A stretch of 64,000 nucleotides of DNA from Eledone cirrhosa (taxonomy: Eukaryota), in the NCBI GenBank assembly GCA_964016885.1, contig OZ024753.1, forward strand, positions 11,656,001 through 11,720,000, in the 5' to 3' direction. This document shows, piece by piece, positions 56,732 through 64,000 of the stretch; within the stretch, counting starts at the first letter, position 1, and every line of letters begins with the position of its first letter. Position numbers and translations under genes: made by a program. The notes under the pieces are model-generated. The model ran no database searches, was not told the DNA's origin, and saw only the letters and a program-made list of their open reading frames with translations.

Positions 56732-57430
56732 CTTAACAAATAAATTTGAATAAATAAGTAGATGCTTTCATGATCTAAAATTAAACGGGGACATGCCATG
56801 AATATATATACGCTTCACTGGACTGGATGGGATTTCTTTATACACTTTTCAAGGAATATGCAAATCGTGTGACATGGATCAATAAAATAAACCAATCTAC
56901 TACAACGGCAGAATTCTGTAAAAATTTGGAACTATTAATTACTGCCACAATTGGTACTTGGAAGAAAATACTTCAATAGGAATGGCAAACACTGTTTTGT
57001 TCTTACAGTAAAGAACGCAACCTGATTTAATACTACCTATTAAGAACCATGATATATATATTACATAATCAATAAAATATATTTGATCTTTAACCTGTAA
57101 ATCACATTCACATTATCTACCTGGGAAAAACCATTAAATGAACATCATGTTATATAAATTTGTTGATTACGAGGAGGGAGGTTATCAAATTGGTTAAGCA
57201 AATAATATTGTTTGTGTTGGAAAGGATCTGCTTAGATCTGATGTAATAGTTGTTGTCAAAATGTGGACCACAGTGTGGACCACAGCACACAGGTGCACCA
57301 TAAGACTCGGCACAAAGGTGTGACATAAGATGCAATAAGGTGAGCAACGAAAGAGCAAAAGTCTGTTTGAAACTGGAGAATAAGAATCGTGTATGTATGT
57401 ATGTGTGTGTGTGTATATATATATATATAT

Positions 57431-57953
57431 GTCAGGTCACCAGTTGGTGCTACTGGTAACATGTATCCCAGTACAACTTTGGGCATCCTGCAGGACTAAA
57501 AACAAAACCTGTCAAAGGTCAAAGGAGCTCTTAAGAGTCAATGGCCATCCATAATGACCTTAGCCTGTGTCAAGGCAGAATTCTAGGAGAAGGAAAACTC
57601 TGATATATAATACCTGCAACCCTGATGGTATCCAATGATTTTGACTTGTTCTTCTTTTTGGTAAATATCATCTTGGTTAAGAGAGTGGGACTGGCTTTGT
57701 GCAGTGCCTTTGCTCACTATAAAAGCTTCACGGCACAGGCATTGCTTTATAACTGGAGATCTCTCTGCACTTGTCGTCACATGGTAGCATGGGCCCAGCA
57801 CTATGTGTCAATAATTGTCACAAGTGTAGTGTTTGTACCAGAGTTTTCAAGTCGCTGGATGGACTAAAAAGTCACACTCGTTCAGCGCTTCGGTAGGGGT
57901 TCTCCTACATGGATATAAAGTAGTGGCCGTACTCGAAAACGAGTTGGCTGCCA

Positions 57954-57955
<2 letters not shown>
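57431..57955 (+). mobile_element. Copy 2 of the ~560-bp element (inverted relative to 3429-3994)
   Basis: Near-identical sequence with two internal deletions; TA repeats on both sides. Confidence 0.8.
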
Positions 57956-58013
<58 letters not shown>

Positions 58014-58014
58014 T

Positions 58015-58205
58015 TAATTAGAAAGTGAACAACCCAATATATAACTACTCCATTATCAAAAGTTTCAGGACCCTAGACAATATTAGCATATGTCTAGTTC
58101 ATTCGTCTGTCTGATGAGCGAACTAGACATATGTTAATATTGTCTAGGGTCCTGAAACCTTTGGTAATGGTGTCGTTATATATTGGGTTGTTCAGTTTCT
58201 AATTA
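58015..58205. mobile_element. Fold-back element with a hammerhead motif (58107-58170, +) starting in its loop
   Basis: CTGATGA-[CTAGACA/TGTCTAG]-GAAA-CCTTTGG-TA; arms ~85 bp. Confidence 0.7.
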
Positions 58206-58283
58206 TATAGCTGTTTTATACATAGAGCACTCTTTTTTCCTTAGCCTTTTCTACGTAAATACTTAACACACACACGCACACAA

Positions 58284-58312
<29 letters not shown>

Positions 58313-58316
<4 letters not shown>

Positions 58317-58558
58317 ATAACTAGAGATTGATTAACATATAAATAAACATGAATAATCACAGGAGATAATTTTTACAAGTGTGTAACCACACATAGCTAG
58401 GTAGGTATCTAAATAAAGTTGACCAGAACTTCAAAAATAGATACCTTATAATATGATTAATCTTCCCTGTATATATTCCATTAAAGAAATATATTTCACC
58501 AATTAATCATGTGATTATTCATGTTTATTTATATGTTAATCAATCTCTAGTTATTATA
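58313..58558. mobile_element. Element with 48-bp inverted arms next to (TA)n
   Basis: 58313-58360 is the reverse complement of about 58510-58558. Confidence 0.7.
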
Positions 58559-58681
58559 AAATGCTCGGACCTCCTCGTTAGAGTCTTAGAGCTTATTTTG
58601 CGGCTGATATGGCGTATGTCTTTCTGGCATGACACCCATAATTTTGATTTAGATTAAATTCATTTGATTTATCTTAATTTT

Positions 58682-58742
<61 letters not shown>

Positions 58743-58826
58743 AATATATATAATAGTGTAGGTAGTACGGTGAAGTACTGGTGTTGGTACCAAATCAAAC
58801 ACTCTATGCCCAGGCAGAGTTTACAT

Positions 58827-59063
58827 AATAGAAATAAACGAGGAAATTTCGTTTACATATGAAAAGTATTTATTGCGTATCGAACTGTTACGCGCGTTTC
58901 GCAGAGGATTTGCTCAAGGACCCATAGCAGATATGGACCCGACCTGTTCCTCATACTAGTGATGCGACAAAAGATGTAAATCCTCTGCGAAACACGCGTA
59001 ACAAGTCGATACTCAATACATATTTTTCATATGTAAACGAAAGTTCCTCGTTTTTTTCTATTT
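58827..59063. mobile_element. Fold-back element with a hammerhead 3' half (GAAA-CGCGCG-TA)
   Basis: Arms of ~85 bp; the CTGANGA core is degenerate or absent. Confidence 0.65.
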
Positions 59064-59338
59064 TATATATATCCATTGTAAGCTGACCGTCGAGGTCTAT
59101 ATGTTTGATATGTCACGAACTTATACACCAAATATTGTATTTTATCTGAAGCAAGCATACTATAATTTTGTATCCTTGAAATATGTATAATAGAATAAAT
59201 ATGATTCCATTTATTACTATTGTTAATATTACGATTGTTGATATATAATAATCAAGAGAAAATTTAATTGTAGAGTGCTTCATATTTGTCATGAACATAG
59301 CTCTGTTGAATATTTATCAACAAACCATATAACTCATT

Positions 59339-59398
<60 letters not shown>

Positions 59399-59593
59399 GG
59401 GGGGGGGGGGCTTCCAGATAGTTTTCTTCAAAGATTTCAGTCAAAATGCAGGGTTCAACTCTAGGCGATAGTGTGAGATAATTGCCTAAGGTGTCACGCA
59501 GTGGAAATAAGCCCTTATTGTGCCAAAGCATATATATATCGATATACACATAGTAGTGTGTGTGTGCATGTGTGCGCGTGTGCGTCTGCGCGT

Positions 59594-59624
<31 letters not shown>

Positions 59625-60492
59625 CGTGTTTACTTTTCCACCAGGAACAGATGGTGTAGCATAATAATGTCACGTAATGTAAAAAATAAATTAATAAATG
59701 TGAGTAAAAGAACAAGAGTTGATATGATAGACGAAATCCTGCGTAAAATATGCATCAAAATTCTCTCACCATTCTTTCTCTGTATATAGATGAGGCAGGG
59801 GGGGGGAGCAAGAGAGAGCGAGAGCGAGCGAATGAGAGCGAGAAAGCGGGCGAATGAGAGCGAGAGAGCGGGAGAATGAGAGCAAGAGAGCGGGAGAATG
59901 AGAGCGAGAGAATGAGAGCGAGAGAGAGAGAGCGAATGAGAGCCTGAGGGCGAGAGAGTGAGAGGGCGAGAGGGCGAGCGAGAGAGAACGAGAGAGCGAG
60001 CGAAAGAGAGATTGAGTGGTATAGAAACATAGTCAATGGCAACATTGAGGACCGAGTAAGTTAGATCACAGATATAAAAGACAGCGAGAAGCGAAAACCA
60101 ACCAAACAGTGAGTGTGTTCTGTTATTAATTCTGGCAATATTACGCAAATATGACCCTCCCCAAATATAACAATATATATATATAGATATATATAAAAGA
60201 ATAGGACCCGACGGCTGAGCGCTAGCCGTTTCGACAGCTAGATCCGAATTTTCCCAATAACTTCCTTTAGTTATTGACGCACTGGTGTCAGATATCTTTA
60301 ATGCGTAGAAATATCTATGACCGCCAGCAGACAACTGATGAATGACAATTTTCTCCTGTTCGTACCTTCCTCTTATTTATAAGTACACCTTATCCAGCAA
60401 CAACACAGCCCCCGTTTCTTATTATATACATATATATATATATATAGACACAATATATTAACAAATGGAAACTATATTTATAAAACCATATT

Positions 60493-60558
60493 TATTTCAT
60501 TATACGTATTTCAAGGACACCAAATCAAATTATGGTGCGCTTTTCATCAGATAAAATA
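60493..60558 (-). ncRNA. Type-I hammerhead ribozyme, family C
   Basis: TATTTTAT-CTGATGA-[GCACCA/TGGTGT]-GAAA-TACGTA-TA-ATGAAATA; palindromic TACGTA. Confidence 0.75.
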
Positions 60559-61595
60559 TATTTATCAGTTTTATAAACAAATATTGACATACCCTTAAAA
60601 GAATGCGACCATGTCCTATATATATATATATATATATATATAGGAAAATGTATGACCCCGACGGCAGAGCTCAAGCCGTTTCGATGGCTATTTCTGGACT
60701 CTTTCCAAGCCTAAGTATTGAGTACTCTGGTGCGTTATGGTCTATCTGGTTCCTTACTACAACTCCACAACCCCTTCGCTATATATATACACACAGCCAT
60801 GCTTACATACATACGTACGTACATACATACATACATACACACGCACATACGTAAAAATGTATAGGCTCGTTCTAAATACAAATTCCGTGAACAGCTATTG
60901 AAAGAAGCTTCCATTATTCGATTGTATTGGAAGTAGTATGATGTTAAGTGCTCCTGGAAACAAAGTATTTGAAGGCAAATGAAGGGATAAAGTTGCGTGG
61001 TGTTAGTTATTCATGCTAGTAAGGGATGGGAGCACTTGGAAAGCATTTGTTTCATGTCAGCTCACCTCTGTATGACTTTGCTCGCTCTTTCTTTTATCTC
61101 CGGAACAGGTAGGGGAAGAAAGGTATATCAAAGCTCGTGTCCTTAAGTTCACACACACACACAGATCGCGTACATACATAAATATATACACCTTTACAAG
61201 CGCGCATACACACTCACAAATCTACGACCACACATTAACACACAAACAAACAGGCGCGCTCGTGTCAGCCAGACTTGGGTCGTGAGCAGCTGCTGACGTC
61301 ATTTTTAGTTAAATTTCTATGATACTATCCGTCGACATTAATTTTCGATCTGAAATTAGTTCACAGAAATAGTGCAACGGCGTTGATTTAGTGCTACTTC
61401 TGTATGTATGTATATATATATATATATATATGTACACATATATATAAACATACATACATACACATATATATATACACACATATATGCACACACACACACA
61501 CATATACACACCCATATACACACACACACACACATACATATATACACACACACATATATATATACACAGATACATATGCGTACCTACACACAGAC

Positions 61596-61634
<39 letters not shown>

Positions 61635-62013
61635 TACATATATACACACAGACATATATATATATTCACATACATATATATACACACATACATATATACA
61701 CACAGACATATATATATATATATATATATTCACATACATATATATACACACATACATATATACACACATACATACACACATACATATATACACACACATA
61801 TACACACACACACCTATATATGCCCACACCTATATATATATACACACGCACACACATATATACACATATATACACACACATATATACACACACATACATA
61901 CACACATATACACATATACATACACACATATACATACACACATATATACATACACACTCATAAATGCACACATACACTCATACATACACACACACACACA
62001 TATATATATATAT

Positions 62014-63073
62014 AGTGGTGGAACACTGGAAGGTAATATCCGTAGTGGTAGAGCACTCAGTCCAAGGGACGAGTTAGGTAAAAGTGGTTACACAACAGTT
62101 AGTTCACCATACCGAGAACAATTGTTTCACCTTAGTGGATCCTCAGCTCGGAATGGGCATGGTTATAGGAACAGGAAGGACAACCGTACGAACGCACATG
62201 CGCAGAAACCCGGTCACTTCACACAGGCAATACTAGACTGCGAAAGTCCGAAAAGTTTTTAGGTTGAAAATAAAATTACAAAGAATCAGTCCGGAGCCTT
62301 GTAGTTATGCAATATGTGTTTGGCGACGTGTGGACAACGTGTGAAAAATTCACTTCGTGTTTAGGCATTCACTATTGCGTAATCTCTTTAGAATAGTTAT
62401 TCGTTCGTCAATACATAAGCCACACGTCGGATTTCCCCTTGCGTATGGCTTGGACTTAGTGATGGCTTTCCATTGAATGGCGTAGTCTATACCTGAATCC
62501 TTGAGGGACCATACGTGGCACGCGAGTTTCTGTCCGGGTACTTGAAGTTAGACTGGTGGTTTAGGAAACGTTCCTTGAATCGGCCCTCCATTCTCACATA
62601 GGATTTGACCTCCCGTAGGTCGTTTGGTCGGTTGGAAGTGACCACAGCTTCATAGATTACAGCTGGTGTTGCATTGCTGTTGAAGGGGGAAAGCTTCAGG
62701 CTCCGGCAAGAGCACCCTGGTGGGGTGTTGCTCCTAGGACTGCTGGTGATGTGGGCTTTCATGTTCTCGGCGCAGGAGTATCCTAGTTTAACTTTGTGTC
62801 GGTTAAAGATGGAGCGGTATTTATGACCTATGGGGAAGTTTCTATCTAAGAGGGCTAGACATTTTTTTCCTACATTGGTTTTAACGTTGAGTGAGAAGGG
62901 AGGAGAGAACCAGATAGATTTGGCTATTGTTGCGCTTACTTTTCTTAATGGTGTTGTTGCTAGTGGGAGAGTAAGTGATAGGTTGTGAGAAGCCGCTGTT
63001 AGCCAACGCCGTGTTAAGTAGGGTGCCGCCCTGTCAAAGATAGCCTTATTAGAGGAGAGGTTTGAGATTCTAA
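62014..63073 (-). mobile_element. Degenerate Penelope-like element (RT thumb, linker, C-terminal GIY-YIG, 3' region), probably Hydra-type
   Basis: RISNLSS...IWFSPPFSLNVKTNVGK...IFNRHKVKLGYSC...CSCR...VIYEAVV...FKERFLNH, then after a frameshift HVWSLKD...QWK...PY...CGLCIDERITIL...LN. Ends in (TA)n. Confidence 0.85.
62112..62151 (-). ncRNA. Minimal type-I hammerhead ribozyme in the PLE 3' region, sense to the ORF
   Basis: CCGAG-CTGAGGA-T-CC-actaa-GG-T-GAAA-CAATTG-TT-CTCGG. Confidence 0.8.
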
Positions 63074-63195
63074 AGGAACCAGATGGACCATAACGCACCA
63101 GAGTACTCAATACTTAGGGTAGTAGAGTGGGAATTAGGAAAAAAGTATGACCCCGACGAAACGGCTTGAGCTCTGCCGTCGGGGTCATACCTTTT

Positions 63196-63233
<38 letters not shown>

Positions 63234-63235
63234 TA

Positions 63236-63567
63236 ATAAAATAACAGGAGGCTGGACTTGTTTAAATCCTTGAAAGGTTTATTATACTATGATCATTTCA
63301 ATGACCGGGTTCCGTATGAATCCGGTGATATCATCAGGTATTCGAAATATAATAAATGAATGTAACATATAAAATCCATGGGGCTGATGGTCTGTCGTCC
63401 TCGGGTCTATGATTTTCAGCCCCATAGATTTTATCTGTTACATTCATTTATTATATTTCGAATACCTGATGATATCACCGGATTCATACGGAACCCGGTC
63501 ATTGAAATGATCATAGTATAATAAACCTTTCAAGGATTTACACAAGTCCAGCCTCCTGTTATTTTAT
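63236..63567. mobile_element. Young fold-back element, ~150-bp arms, with an intact hammerhead in each arm
   Basis: Arms 63236-63387 and 63416-63567 are near-perfect reverse complements. Confidence 0.85.
63462..63519 (+). ncRNA. Type-I hammerhead ribozyme (mirror copy at 63284-63341, minus strand)
   Basis: ATAC-CTGATGA-T-atcACCGG...CCGGTcat-T-GAAA-TGATCA-TA-GTAT; palindromic stem III. Confidence 0.82.
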
Positions 63568-63921
63568 AATAATTAACTCCTTACTCGCACCACCAACTAC
63601 ACAAACGAAGACGGTTGAGCTGCATTACGTTGAGTACTCTCCATCATTTTACATCAATATTGACCATACGGAATGACCAACTCGATCCAGTGGTGAACCT
63701 TCAAACCTAAATATATATATATATATAGGAACAAGTAAGACCCCGACGGCTGAGCTTAAGCCGTTTCGACGGCTAATTCTGGACAGTCCAGAATTAGCCG
63801 TCGAAACGGCTTGAGCTCAGCCGTCGGGGTCTTACTTGTTCCTATTACCCACTCTACTACCCTAAGTATTGAGTACTTTGGTGCGTTATGGTCCACCTGG
63901 TTCCTTACCACATTTCCTTCG

Positions 63922-63969
<48 letters not shown>

Positions 63970-64000
63970 GAGAAATACAAAAGAATCCGTGGCTGTATGA

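Overview
AT-rich eukaryotic genomic DNA dominated by repeats. The SINE family and the huge (TA)/(TACA) arrays suggest an octopod cephalopod (inference). Almost all ORFs in the track are microsatellite artefacts. Real content: (1) a full-length, apparently intact CR1-group LINE (~6621-11602) inside (TA)n arrays. Its ORF1 has an unusual Myb/SANT-like + polyQ + 2x CCCH architecture, and its APE-RT ORF2 lacks an upstream AUG and overlaps ORF1 in the -1 frame with slippery heptamers. An identical 3' fragment lies at 28080-28409. (2) Many short fold-back elements embedded in (TA)n, most carrying intact or degenerate type-I hammerhead ribozymes with palindromic stem III. A degenerate Penelope-like RT/GIY-YIG element (62014-63073) carries the same ribozyme type in its 3' region. 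(3) About 15 tRNA-derived SINE copies, hAT and Tc1/mariner-type MITEs, a non-autonomous Helitron with paralogous empty sites, a CRE-clade LINE fragment and several minisatellites. (4) Scattered candidate exons of an unidentified minus-strand host gene.
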